NCBI GenBank assembly: GCA_965242725.1
Contig: CBDESZ010000016.1
Location: 32,001 to 96,000 of the forward strand
Length of the DNA stretch: 64,000 nucleotides
Direction: 5' to 3'
From: Alkalispirochaeta sp.
GTDB lineage: Bacteria > Spirochaetota > Spirochaetia > DSM-27196 > Alkalispirochaetaceae
Part shown: positions 1 to 9,506 of the stretch, in pieces
How the letters are laid out: the number at the start of each line of letters is the position of its first letter
How positions within the stretch are numbered: position 1 is the stretch's first letter
The notes under the pieces: generated by a model
What the model was told of the DNA's origin: nothing
What the model saw: the letters and a program-made list of their open reading frames with translations, nothing else
Databases searched by the model: none
Made by a program: the position numbers and the translations under genes

Positions 1-1344
1 GCCCTGCGAGAGTTCACCGATAAACGACGCGGGAATCTCACTTCCCGGATTCCGACGGTCTTCGAGTTCCACATCGGCACCGACATCGCGAAGTAGCTCT
101 GTTGCGTCTTCTTCGCATCCGCGAGGCAACCCGACATGCTCCGGGAAATCCTCACTACACGAGATTATTCGAGGTATGTTCCAGACGGGTCGCCTCTGTT
201 TCTGTGCCTTGTAAAACTCGGGGTTACCGAATGCCGCGATCGCGGATAGACGACTCAGCAGCGGAGTCGGCAATCCCTTCTTTTCGATGTAAAAAAGATT
301 TGCCCGGACCGTCTTCACCGGTTTGTTTCCTGTGAGAGTCGATTCGGCTTCTCCGGCGACACTGCCTGATGGCCTTCGTTCCCACGGAAGGATTTGCGGT
401 CCGTTGTATTCGGGCAGGCTTGGATTTACATCCGAATAGTGTGGATTTTTTTGTTCATGATCGATAGTGAGAGCCGATGAGACGAGCGCGCGACCGAGTA
501 GCCGAGGCATATTTGCAAGGGTCTGCGCGAGCATTTGTGGATCGACTTTTCTCAGGGAAGTAATAAGTGCCCATTGATCCGGGTACGGTCGCCCGGAATC
601 GTCTATGAAAACAGAGTTCCCTTTATCCCGTGCCGTTCGCTGGAGCGGAAGAGCTATCAGATTACCGAAACCGCCCTTGGGAAGGGTGTCCTGGTTTGGA
701 AAGAAGCGATCAAAGGAATCGAAAGCGATTGGATACTCCTCCATCGCGGAGTGGGACAAAACCAATGTCCCTAGTGCACGCGCGTCCCGGGCAGGGACGG
801 GTTCAGTGAAAAAGATCCAAACATGAGCACCGTTACCGGAGCGCGAACGCTCGACGTAACACGGGATATTCTCCGCCTCACATCTCGTACGAAAACGGTT
901 CGCGTCCCGGAACCAGGTCGACTTGTCGAAATCCACCGCAAGAAACCAACACGAGTCGTCCGGTAACAACGGATATATTCCGACCACGATTTGTCCGGTA
1001 AGATGTTGGTAGACGACCTCGGGGTCCAACGGTATAAATTGCTTTTGCCCGAGATCGCGACACACGTTCTTGGGCCGACGGCAGATAGATCGGTCGTCTT
1101 TATGGCAGTGTACCGGGCTGTACCCAGCTTTACCCATACGACTCTCCCACCGAAACGCAAAGACGTCTTGACGTCCACGAAAGACCTTCAAAAAGAGATC
1201 GATTTTCTCAGGGGGAGTTAATGATGTGGTCAACCGATCGGTCTTGGTTTGATCACCCCGAAGAAGGGCATTCTCACGGCGCAGTCTCTCTACTTCCATC
1301 TTGAGGCGATTATTTTCATCTTGAAGTCGCCGAAAATCGGTCAT
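1..1344 (-). CDS. TOTE-conflict-system-type archaeo-eukaryotic primase domain protein, probably fused to an SF2 helicase; 3' end runs off the window
   Basis: Not in the ORF track because it has no stop in the window. Manual translation from ATG 1344 stays open: FRGRQDVFAFRW, GIYPLLPDDSCWFLAVDFDK, ERSRSGNGAHVWIFF, SFDRFFPNQDTLPKGGFGNLIALPLQ, AAFGNPEFYKAQ, LPRGC. Confidence 0.8.
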   Translation of the reverse strand, partial: MTDFRRLQDENNRLKMEVERLRRENALLRGDQTKTDRLTTSLTPPEKIDLFLKVFRGRQDVFAFRWESRMGKAGYSPVHCHKDDRSICRRPKNVCRDLGQKQFIPLDPEVVYQHLTGQIVVGIYPLLPDDSCWFLAVDFDKSTWFRDANRFRTRCEAENIPCYVERSRSGNGAHVWIFFTEPVPARDARALGTLVLSHSAMEEYPIAFDSFDRFFPNQDTLPKGGFGNLIALPLQRTARDKGNSVFIDDSGRPYPDQWALITSLRKVDPQMLAQTLANMPRLLGRALVSSALTIDHEQKNPHYSDVNPSLPEYNGPQILPWERRPSGSVAGEAESTLTGNKPVKTVRANLFYIEKKGLPTPLLSRLSAIAAFGNPEFYKAQKQRRPVWNIPRIISCSEDFPEHVGLPRGCEEDATELLRDVGADVELEDRRNPGSEIPASFIGELSQG

Positions 1345-1362
1345 AGTGAAAATCGATTAAGG

Positions 1363-2208
1363 CTACACGTTTTTCTCGCTACGGAGAGCCAACAGATCTT
1401 CCCGGAAATCCTCGATCATCGATTTTGTATAGATCCGATAGATAAAGCCCCGGTTTTGAAATTCTACGAGCTTGCGAAAATCGCTCTGTCGGGCGCGCCA
1501 CGAAATTCCGTCAGTGAAAAGCAGAAATGTTGTGTCATGGCGTTTTTCATTGACGATTCGATTTATGTCTCCAATGACATCGGTCTGCTTGCTGCCGGTA
1601 GCCCCATATCCCTTTACTTCAATGATTATTTCGGGATTGTCGTTTGACGGAATGGCAAAATCGGCTTTTTCCGTCGAGAGGCCGTTCAGTCCGGAGAACC
1701 GTCCCCGGATCGAATAGACGGGGAATATACGTGTCACAACCTCTTCCACAAAGTCTTCGAGATCACGCCCGCGTTTCTGACCTTTAATGGCGCTTCCCCG
1801 TCCGCCCTTGAGACGTTCGGCGATAATGTCCTTCCATGTATAGGTTCCGGATACCGTCTCGGAAATACGTTGCCGTATCAAGAGATGGTCCAGCGTCTTT
1901 ACATAACCTTCCGGATCTTTGAGAAACCGTTTGTTTCCACTCCCCCCGTCCCCGAGTTCCTCAAACAGGCCGCGAATGACACCGTTGTATTCGTCCTTGG
2001 ACATCTCCAGAAAGAGCCGGATTATAGTCGATGCGGCTTCAAAGTCCAGGCGCAAAAGCTCGATCAACTGCTGATCGTCAATGTCCGGAGAGTCTCCGAT
2101 ATTCTCCAGAACCGCCAGGACCCGTCGGGAAAAATCGTCTTTCCAGTCCGTTTCAAGAATAGACAATGAAGATAGAAGCTCATCGGTATTCTGGGTAACT
2201 TTTTTCAA
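1363..2208 (-). CDS. DpnII-like PD-(D/E)xK type II restriction endonuclease
   Basis: ADFAIP...IIIEVKGYGATGSKQ...FTDGISW motifs; 2 bp downstream of an MTase. Confidence 0.7.
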   Translation of the reverse strand: MKKVTQNTDELLSSLSILETDWKDDFSRRVLAVLENIGDSPDIDDQQLIELLRLDFEAASTIIRLFLEMSKDEYNGVIRGLFEELGDGGSGNKRFLKDPEGYVKTLDHLLIRQRISETVSGTYTWKDIIAERLKGGRGSAIKGQKRGRDLEDFVEEVVTRIFPVYSIRGRFSGLNGLSTEKADFAIPSNDNPEIIIEVKGYGATGSKQTDVIGDINRIVNEKRHDTTFLLFTDGISWRARQSDFRKLVEFQNRGFIYRIYTKSMIEDFREDLLALRSEKNV

Positions 2209-2210
2209 CG

Positions 2211-3299
2211 TTACGTCCCCACAATAAGGTATTCGTCTACCACGGCACGTTTTACGGCGTTGTGTGTACCGAAATGATACCGATGCGGACGCCGATAGAC
2301 TTCGACTCGTCTCTTGTACTGCCCCAGCATCGATTCCAGTACATCCAATGAAGGATACCCGTTTGACGAATAGGATAGAACAATCTTGCTGTCGGTAAAT
2401 TTCCCAAACAGTCGTTGAAAGGCTTCTTCGGCAGTCCTGCGGTAGGAGAAGGGAGTATATTTCTTTTTTATCTTATGCACCTTCGTGTGATAGAGAATTT
2501 CCTCACCTGCCCAGTATTTGGAAAGTCCTTCCAGAAAGTGGTAGCGTTTCACGTAACAGTTATCGTCCGATCTGGGGACGTACGGCGGATCGAGGTATAC
2601 CAGGTCGGGGCGATAAAAGTGTTCATCAAAATCGAAGATATCCATGTTGAACGACAGATGTTCGGCACCGTTTGCAAAGACCGCAGAATTGTAGTGATTA
2701 ATCTGCTCAAGAAAGTGCTCCCTGAGGGAAAGTCTCATATCCCTGCGACCATCGTCGTAACGACTCGTATCACCGGATATGGTAAACACTCCCCGGGGCT
2801 GTTTCTTGACGCTGCTCCGTATCAGCGCCGCCATTGCCAGGGCCCGAAGATACTCATTATCCAGCTTCCTTATATTATGGGATACGAGATCGAGGAACTG
2901 CAGATCCTCCGGAGAGAAGAAAATCCCTTCAAAGGTAGACCGGATAAAATCGGGCGCCGACGGATCGTTTTCAACAAGGATTTCCAGGTCTTCCGGCGCT
3001 ATCCGATTTGTATCATTTTCGATGATTGCCTTGGTAAGAATGTGTGAAAAATGCAGAAAGTCATTGGTCAGGACGCGTTTTCCCATTGCCTTGCAGAGAT
3101 ACGCGACCGCACCGGACCCGCTAAAGGCATCAAGAATGGTGTGGAATTCCAGGTCCTGCAGAACTTCGGATATCCATGGCAACAATCGGTTCTTGCTTCC
3201 CATATATCGAATCAAAGGAAAAGCATCGATGCGTTGTTGAATGGTTTGCTGCGTTTCAGGATCGGCCGGATTGGCGAGCAATTCCACTGGGATATCCAT
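2211..3299 (-). CDS. D12-class N6-adenine DNA methyltransferase
   Basis: RYMGSK, DAFSGSG (motif I), YLDPPY (motif IV); start could be 3320. Confidence 0.88.
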   Translation of the reverse strand: MDIPVELLANPADPETQQTIQQRIDAFPLIRYMGSKNRLLPWISEVLQDLEFHTILDAFSGSGAVAYLCKAMGKRVLTNDFLHFSHILTKAIIENDTNRIAPEDLEILVENDPSAPDFIRSTFEGIFFSPEDLQFLDLVSHNIRKLDNEYLRALAMAALIRSSVKKQPRGVFTISGDTSRYDDGRRDMRLSLREHFLEQINHYNSAVFANGAEHLSFNMDIFDFDEHFYRPDLVYLDPPYVPRSDDNCYVKRYHFLEGLSKYWAGEEILYHTKVHKIKKKYTPFSYRRTAEEAFQRLFGKFTDSKIVLSYSSNGYPSLDVLESMLGQYKRRVEVYRRPHRYHFGTHNAVKRAVVDEYLIVGT

Positions 3300-3422
3300 C
3301 ACACAAGTATATGCCACCACCTGGTCCGGGTAAACCGTGGGAAGTTTAGCTCAAAGAATGATTTGGGAAACACGATAGCCAGAGGGTCGATTCCAGTGAA
3401 ACCCGGCCGCGTCCCCTCCCCA

Positions 3423-4007
3423 TCACCCCACCGTCTCCAAAAACTCCCCCGCATACCTGGACGAATACGGCGCCGAAGAATGCTCAAGATACATCCACCG
3501 GAGATTCACAATCTGGCGGATATGGAAGAAGTCATGGGCAACCCACGCCGCAACGATATCACCCGCCCGGAGCGCCTGCGTCCCCGGGGCGGGATTCCGG
3601 TGCAGCACATCGGGATCGAAGTTGTCCACCCTTCCCAGCCATTCCAGAGAGGCGGCGCGCTCACGATTGAAGACCTGCACCACGCCGCTCAAATCGAGCT
3701 CCCTCCCCGGCGCATCCTCCGGCCCAAAGGGCCACTCAAACGACGGAAACGGATCGTCCGGATTCCGCAGCACCGAGGAAAGGCGGGCGCGGAAATCATC
3801 GCATTCCTCAACAACCAGGTGGCGGACGATCTGAAGCAGCGACCACCGCTCCTCCGCCGACCATCGACGGACCACATCCGACGCACCGCCCGCCGCATCG
3901 GAAGCAACGCCGCTCCACGCAGCCTCCTCCGGTTGCACCCCCTCAAGGAGCCCGACAATGGCCGCGCCGTTCGCCTCCAGTCGCAATCGCAACTCATCAA
4001 TATTCAT
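3423..4007 (-). CDS. DinB family protein
   Basis: WSLLQIVRHL and HDFFHIRQI histidine motifs. Confidence 0.8.
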   Translation of the reverse strand: MNIDELRLRLEANGAAIVGLLEGVQPEEAAWSGVASDAAGGASDVVRRWSAEERWSLLQIVRHLVVEECDDFRARLSSVLRNPDDPFPSFEWPFGPEDAPGRELDLSGVVQVFNRERAASLEWLGRVDNFDPDVLHRNPAPGTQALRAGDIVAAWVAHDFFHIRQIVNLRWMYLEHSSAPYSSRYAGEFLETVG

Positions 4008-4128
4008 GCATCACAGCATATCAGCCGTTCCGGCATTCCGGAAAATATAATTGAACCATCCGGTTCCGCTGAGCGGACACCCCTCATCACCCCTTTCTAT
4101 CGCCTCCCGGGGCGAGTATTCTACGGGC

Positions 4129-4539
4129 ATGGACCCCGACGCGCTGGCCCAGGCACTGAAGAATGTCTCAACCTATGACGTCGCCCGCTCCGGCGGACCG
4201 GGCGGGCAAAATGTGAACAAGCTCAACACAAAGGTGGTTCTTCGTGTGCCGGTGGGCCAGCTCCCCCTCTCGGAAGCAGAAGCGGCAAGAATCCGCCGCG
4301 TCCTGGAAAACCGGATCAACCGTGAGGACGAGCTGGTCATTCACTCCTCGGAAACTCGCAGTCAGACGGAGAACAGAACGCGGGCGGAAGAGCGCGCCTT
4401 GGGGCTGCTCCTTGAAGCGGCCACACCGCCCAAACGGCGCAAGCGCACACGCCCGTCCAAAGCGGCCCGGGAACGGCGCATCATCGCCAAGAAACAACGA
4501 GGCGAAACAAAGCGATTCCGGCGGGATCCGGAGGGGTAG
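4129..4539 (+). CDS. arfB: alternative ribosome-rescue peptidyl-tRNA hydrolase ArfB
   Basis: RSGGPGGQNVNK GGQ motif; basic C-terminal tail RKRTRPSKAARERR. Confidence 0.92.
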   Translation: MDPDALAQALKNVSTYDVARSGGPGGQNVNKLNTKVVLRVPVGQLPLSEAEAARIRRVLENRINREDELVIHSSETRSQTENRTRAEERALGLLLEAATPPKRRKRTRPSKAARERRIIAKKQRGETKRFRRDPEG

Positions 4540-4732
4540 GAGGAGTGGGTGGATTGATGGTGTTTCGTTGTAGTAGAATCCGTGTCGTGGGATGTTCTTT
4601 CGACGGAAACGTGACTCTCATGTTGGTCGCGGCGCGGTTTCCGGACATCGCCGTTACTTCCTGGGCGACTCGTCGGTGCCTCAATACCGATCTCCTCAAA
4701 GACTAAAAGTAACCGTCTCTATGAGTGCAGGA

Positions 4733-4738
4733 TGTCAA
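4733..4738 (-). promoter_or_regulatory. -35 box TTGACA of the IS110 circle-junction promoter
   Basis: Joining the element ends gives TTGACA-N17-CATCAT (-10 from 6081-6086), pointing at the ncRNA and transposase. Confidence 0.7.
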
Positions 4739-5823
4739 GCAGCGAAGTCGAAGTTCTTGAATCGTTCGAAGTCGCGCTTCTTTCGCCGAAACGAGCTCTC
4801 TCTTGGAAACCGACTGGCCTCACCATTCTTCAACATATAGAAGATCGTTCCGATCGTTCTTCCTACAACTGCGACACGGATCTTCTTGCGGGACTTCCCC
4901 AAGGATCGAGCGACAAATCGATCGAGTAGCGGATTGCCGTCCACTAAGTGATGAGAGGCTTCCAACAACAGGGTAAATGTGAGTCGTCGTCCTCGCTTGT
5001 TGATACCGCCAATATGGGTGCGTTCATTTGACGAATCGACTCGAGGTGCGGCCCGGAGATAACTTACGAGATGTCTCCTTGTACGAAAACGTCGGATATC
5101 GACGATGTCCGACATGATGCAGACGCTGCCGAACACGCTTATCCCATGGATCGTCATTAGTACTTGGACTTCCTGAGAATATCGGATGACGCCAAGAGCT
5201 GTGATTCGGTCTCGAGTTGCCTCAAAGTCCGCGTCGATCAATTCGTACTCCCTCAGAAGTTGACGGATCATAAACCGGTCGGAGTCGCGGAAGCTGGGGT
5301 TCGCAAAAACCTCATCGGGGCTTGTCATCAGATCTTGACGACTGATTTGAATCATTCGCTGGCGACATACTGCGAATATTCGATTGCGAATCCGGTTCCG
5401 GGAGGTCGTCAGATACTGGTAGTGCGTGACAAGTACTCGGAGTTCCTGTGTCTTTTCGTCCGGAACAAAGACTTCAGGAAAATGGTCGTCCTTATCGTCG
5501 TTTTCAAGATGGCGTTTGAGTGCGTTAGCAAGTTTCCTGGCATCAACACGATCGGTCTTTTTCACGCCGCCCCATATCAGGCGCATATCCATCGGATTCA
5601 CGACAAAGACCCGCGCTCCCGTTGCCCGAACCAATCCAGCGAAAAAGAACGCCCCGCTGCCCGCCTCAACGCAAACGGCAGCATCTGCATTCAAGTCGTC
5701 GAGGAAACGATCGATACTATCCAGCGGGTATCGTCGATTCTGCCGCTCGATGCCGTTCATCCCTTCTCGAATCAGGTGGACCGTGATTTGCGTCGAATGC
5801 TGATCAACACCAACATAGACCAT
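4735..5823 (-). CDS. IS110-family DEDD recombinase/transposase
   Basis: YVGVDQH, CVEAG, KKTDRVDA, TIHGIS and DSSNERTHIGGINKRG motifs; RBS GAGGAGG upstream. Confidence 0.93.
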   Translation of the reverse strand: MVYVGVDQHSTQITVHLIREGMNGIERQNRRYPLDSIDRFLDDLNADAAVCVEAGSGAFFFAGLVRATGARVFVVNPMDMRLIWGGVKKTDRVDARKLANALKRHLENDDKDDHFPEVFVPDEKTQELRVLVTHYQYLTTSRNRIRNRIFAVCRQRMIQISRQDLMTSPDEVFANPSFRDSDRFMIRQLLREYELIDADFEATRDRITALGVIRYSQEVQVLMTIHGISVFGSVCIMSDIVDIRRFRTRRHLVSYLRAAPRVDSSNERTHIGGINKRGRRLTFTLLLEASHHLVDGNPLLDRFVARSLGKSRKKIRVAVVGRTIGTIFYMLKNGEASRFPRESSFRRKKRDFERFKNFDFAA

Positions 5824-5847
5824 ACTGCAACCTCCTCAGAAAAATTT

Positions 5848-6060
5848 GAGAGAAGGACGGTCCTGATCGAGTGCGTCTCATGCCTCTATGCGAGCTACCG
5901 CCATCCGCTTACACGGCGGGCCCAGGAGATCGTACGAAGAAGGCTGACTAGTCCAATTAACGGGCTTGTGATTTTCCGATGAGAATCACCCCCAACGGTT
6001 ACTTCAGCCTTCGTCAATCCGTCACCTCTCAGGACCGACGGTACCTTCTCTCGTACGACC
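5848..6060 (-). ncRNA. putative IS110 bridge/seek RNA
   Basis: Nested stems 5848-5866/6029-6052, 5939-5947/6004-6012 and 5968-5976/5981-5989; internal-loop segments match both halves of the insertion target; exact ends unknown. Confidence 0.8.
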
Positions 6061-6159
6061 TCTCAAGGCCGCCGGCACTCATGATGTCCAATTTTCCCGC
6101 ACCTTACGATCAGCACCGGAGTGAATCATACTGCTGACTTTCAAAAGGAGGGCATCGGT

Positions 6160-6471
6160 ATGACAGCGAATAATCAGTCTGAAGAGCGCCGGGAAATGGT
6201 GCGCCAGTTTCATGAAAGCGGGATGACTCAAAAGGACTTTGCCGCGTTTTATGGAGTCACGCGGAGCACCTTGGGATATTGGGTGCGACGGCTTCGGGAG
6301 AACGAGCAATCGACGGAAACGACCTCGTTCGTCCCCGTCGGAGCGATTATGTCTCCCACACGTTCAACGGCACTTCGCGTCATCATCCGTTCCGGTGTAA
6401 CGGTAGAATTGGATCTTCCCGCGTCTGAAGAAACGATACGAATGGTGTTGAAGGCGGCCCAGTCGATATGA
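6160..6471 (+). CDS. tnpA: IS66 TnpA accessory HTH protein
   Basis: SGMTQKDFAAFYGVTRSTLGYWVRR and FVPV motifs. Confidence 0.85.
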   Translation: MTANNQSEERREMVRQFHESGMTQKDFAAFYGVTRSTLGYWVRRLRENEQSTETTSFVPVGAIMSPTRSTALRVIIRSGVTVELDLPASEETIRMVLKAAQSI

Positions 6472-6818
6472 TCGGTCCGGATTTCTCGCAGATAGCGATT
6501 TATGTCCGACCCGGCATCACGGACATGCGGAAAGCTATAAATGGTCTTGCGATCATCGCGACCGAGCAGATGAACAAAGACCCATTGTCCGGAGCACTGT
6601 TCCTGTTCTGCAACCGCTACCGAAGAATTATGAAGGCCCTTTATTGGGACAAGAACGGGTTCTGTCTTTGGCAGAAGAAACTCGAAAAGCACCGCTTCCC
6701 GTGGCCGCAAACTGAAGAGGCTGCTCGGAGCATCACCGCCGGAGAACTCCGGATGCTTCTCGAGGGTATCGACTTCTGGCATGTCCACGAGTCGTTACCG
6801 TATCGTTCGGTCTCCTAA
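6468..6818 (+). CDS. tnpB: IS66 TnpB accessory protein
   Basis: TDMRKAINGL...LFLFCN...KALYWDKNGFCLWQKKLE. Confidence 0.92.
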   Translation: MIGPDFSQIAIYVRPGITDMRKAINGLAIIATEQMNKDPLSGALFLFCNRYRRIMKALYWDKNGFCLWQKKLEKHRFPWPQTEEAARSITAGELRMLLEGIDFWHVHESLPYRSVS

Positions 6819-7206
6819 GGCTATACACACAAATTCCAGCATGCTAGAATTCTGGCCATGGCGTTGGCCGATACGGTGCTGGAACAGCTTGATCCTCAAG
6901 TCCGATCCTACATCGAAGATCTCGAGAAACAGTCCGCATCACTGGCACGTGAAAATGAACACTTATCCCAGGAGAAAGAAGCCCTTTCCAACGAGGTGCA
7001 GTCTCTTGTGTACACCGGCCCAAAACGGACACGTATTCCGGTGGAAAGCGGACAGTGATTCCGGCGTAATCCGGACACCGATTCCGGCGGAAAACGGACA
7101 GTTTTTCCGGAGCGCCGGAATCGATTCAGCCTGACAGAAGAGATCCTCGATCAATACGGGCACTCCCGGCAAACTGGTGGGTAACATCATTGTGAGGGAG
7201 TACGGA

Positions 7207-8754
7207 ATGCCGAGAGAGAGGATACCTGTGAAACACATGCGCAAATTGCTTGCGCTCACCTACGAGAGCAAACTGGGGCTTCGGGACGTATCGCGACTCA
7301 CCGGAGTATCGAAGACGACGATCAGTGAATACCTGGTGCGATTCAGACGCACCGGAATCAGCTTTGAGAAGAGCCTTGAGCTCACCGATGACGAACTGCT
7401 TGGCCTGTTCGAAGAGAAAAAGCAGGAAGAAAGCGAGCAGTACACGCAGGTGATGGCGCTCTTCCCGGAATACGCAAAACGGTTAAAGCGCCGGGGAATG
7501 ACCAAGCAGCTGTTGTGGGAGGAGTACCGGACGCAGCACCCCGACGGGTATCGCTACAGCCAGTTCTGTCACCACTTTGGCATGTTCCTGGAATCCGGCG
7601 AGGTCACCATGCGGCAACCTCACGAACCGGGAGACATGGCCTACATCGATTACGCCGGTGAGACCTTCCCGTACTATCGAGACGGCGAAGAACAGCAGGC
7701 AGAGGTATTCGTTGCGGTACTCGGAGCAAGCCAACTCGCGTATGTCGAAGCTGACGAGAGCCAGAAACAGGAAGCGTTTCTCCGTTCAACCGAGCGGGCG
7801 TTGCGCTATTTCGACGGAGTTCCCCGCGCTCTGGTACCGGATAATCTGAAGGCGGCCGTGCTCAAGGCAAGCAAATACGAACCGGAAATCAATCCGCTGT
7901 TCGACGATTTTGCCGAGTATTACCGAACGACGGTTATTCCCGCCAGGGCATACAAACCAAAAGACAAGGCCCTGGCGGAGAACACCGTCAAATTAACCTA
8001 CCAGCGGATTTTCGCCCCGCTGTACGGCAGGACGTTCCATTCGTTGGCTGAGCTCAACCAGGCCATCGCCGAACGCCTTGAGACCCACAATACTCGAGAA
8101 TTGACCAAGCTGCAAATCTCTCGACGGCAGTTGTTTGAGGAGATCGAACGATCGGCGCTGAAGACGCTGCCCAGCGCGCCGTATCCGATGAAATCCTTCG
8201 AGAACCACAAGGTTGCACCGGACTATCACTTTATCCTGTCGGAAGATAAGCACTACTACTCCGTTCCCTGGCAGTTGAAGGGTGTGCAGGTAAAGGTGAT
8301 CTTCGATGAGCGTATCGTCGCGGTATATCACGACAACGTACGCGTTGCCCAGCACCGGCGCAGCCGGAAAAAAGGGCAGTACACGACAAAAGCCGAGCAC
8401 ATGCCCAAGCACCACCGGTTTTTTCAATCCTGGTCTGCCGAAAAGTTCACCTCCTGGGCCAATTCCATCGGAGAAGAGACGTTCCTGGTGATTTCTCGGC
8501 TCCTGAGCGATAAACCCCATGAGCAACAGGCATACAAGTCCTGTCTTGGGGTGCTGAATATGGCACAGGAAGTCGGTTCAGATCGACTGAACTTGGCCTG
8601 TCGACGAGCCCTTAACTACTCCAGAATCAGCTATCGGGATGTCCGTGGGTATCTGGACGAGATTTTGCGCCAGGAGAAGGATGATCACGAGGATGATCGG
8701 GTACTTCTTTTCACCGACCACAAGAATCTGCGTGATTCGGCAATCTACAAGTAA
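7207..8754 (+). CDS. istA: IS21 transposase IstA
   Basis: YIDYAG, VPDNLKAAV, KPKDKALAE. Confidence 0.93.
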   Translation: MPRERIPVKHMRKLLALTYESKLGLRDVSRLTGVSKTTISEYLVRFRRTGISFEKSLELTDDELLGLFEEKKQEESEQYTQVMALFPEYAKRLKRRGMTKQLLWEEYRTQHPDGYRYSQFCHHFGMFLESGEVTMRQPHEPGDMAYIDYAGETFPYYRDGEEQQAEVFVAVLGASQLAYVEADESQKQEAFLRSTERALRYFDGVPRALVPDNLKAAVLKASKYEPEINPLFDDFAEYYRTTVIPARAYKPKDKALAENTVKLTYQRIFAPLYGRTFHSLAELNQAIAERLETHNTRELTKLQISRRQLFEEIERSALKTLPSAPYPMKSFENHKVAPDYHFILSEDKHYYSVPWQLKGVQVKVIFDERIVAVYHDNVRVAQHRRSRKKGQYTTKAEHMPKHHRFFQSWSAEKFTSWANSIGEETFLVISRLLSDKPHEQQAYKSCLGVLNMAQEVGSDRLNLACRRALNYSRISYRDVRGYLDEILRQEKDDHEDDRVLLFTDHKNLRDSAIYK

Positions 8755-8756
8755 GG

Positions 8757-9506
8757 ATGAGCACCATGAACAATAATCAGGCAACGATCAACAGAATGAC
8801 CGAGATGCGCCTGCATGGAATGGCCCAGGCGTTTCGCACGCTTCAGGAAACCGGAAAAACCATGGATCTCACCATCGACGAGACGATCACGTACCTGATC
8901 GACGCCGAATGGGATGAGAAGCACAACCGACGGCTCGATCGGCTTACCCGGGCTGCCCGGTTCCGCTACCAGGCTGCATTGGAAGATATCGACTACACCC
9001 TGGATCGGAATCTGGACAAGAACCAGATTCTTCGGCTCGCCGACTGCTCGTGGATATCCCGGGGGCAGGATCTTCTCATCACCGGTCCAACCGGTTGTGG
9101 AAAAAGCTTTCTCGGATCAGCCTTCGGGCATCAGGCGTGCCAGCACGGCCATTCCGTGGCGTACTTTTCCGCATCTCGCCTGTTCAACGAAATCGAAGCG
9201 GCCAAGGCGGATGGAACATACCTGAAACATCTGACACGAATCATGAAGAGCGCATTACTGCTCATCGACGACTTCGGCCTGGAGCCGCTCAACCATACCT
9301 CTCGAATGGCTCTCCTTGAAATCCTTGAGGACCGGCACCGACGGAAATCAACAATGATCATCTCTCAGCAACCGGTAGAGAACTGGCATGCCCTCATAGG
9401 CGACCCGACGATCGCCGACGCAATCATGGATCGGCTTGCATTTCATTCTCACCGAATTGAGATCACCGGCGACACGGTGAGGAGGAAACTCTATGCGGTA
9501 GATTGA
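8757..9506 (+). CDS. istB: IS21 ATPase IstB
   Basis: GPTGCGKS, LLIDDFG, ADAIMDRL. Confidence 0.93.
   Translation: MSTMNNNQATINRMTEMRLHGMAQAFRTLQETGKTMDLTIDETITYLIDAEWDEKHNRRLDRLTRAARFRYQAALEDIDYTLDRNLDKNQILRLADCSWISRGQDLLITGPTGCGKSFLGSAFGHQACQHGHSVAYFSASRLFNEIEAAKADGTYLKHLTRIMKSALLLIDDFGLEPLNHTSRMALLEILEDRHRRKSTMIISQQPVENWHALIGDPTIADAIMDRLAFHSHRIEITGDTVRRKLYAVD

Larger units (their letters stand above)
4718..6088 (-). mobile_element. IS110-family element inserted in the IS66 left IR
   Basis: GTC shared at both junctions (4715-4717, 6086-6088); subterminal IRs ATGAGTGC 4721-4728 / GCACTCAT 6075-6082; removal restores the IS66 end GTAACCGTCCAATTTTCCCGCACC. Confidence 0.9.

Noticed and set aside
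771..1178. 135-aa minus-strand ORF and many long antisense ORFs (e.g. 3051-4178, 39478-40884, 42899-44122)
   Set aside because: Off-frame or antisense shadows of well-supported genes in GC-rich DNA.
4592..4708. Gene disrupted by the IS66 insertion
   Set aside because: Joining the flanks gives only a short ORF with no recognisable features.
6468..6818. IS66 tnpB as an RNA-guided TnpB nuclease
   Set aside because: Same name only; a 116-aa IS66 accessory protein with no RuvC domain.
7020..7125. Short periodic repeats (also 16330-16410 and 18922-18998) as a CRISPR array
   Set aside because: The period is about 22-23 bp, with no unique spacers or cas genes, and they lie at IS21 ends where repeated transposase sites are expected.
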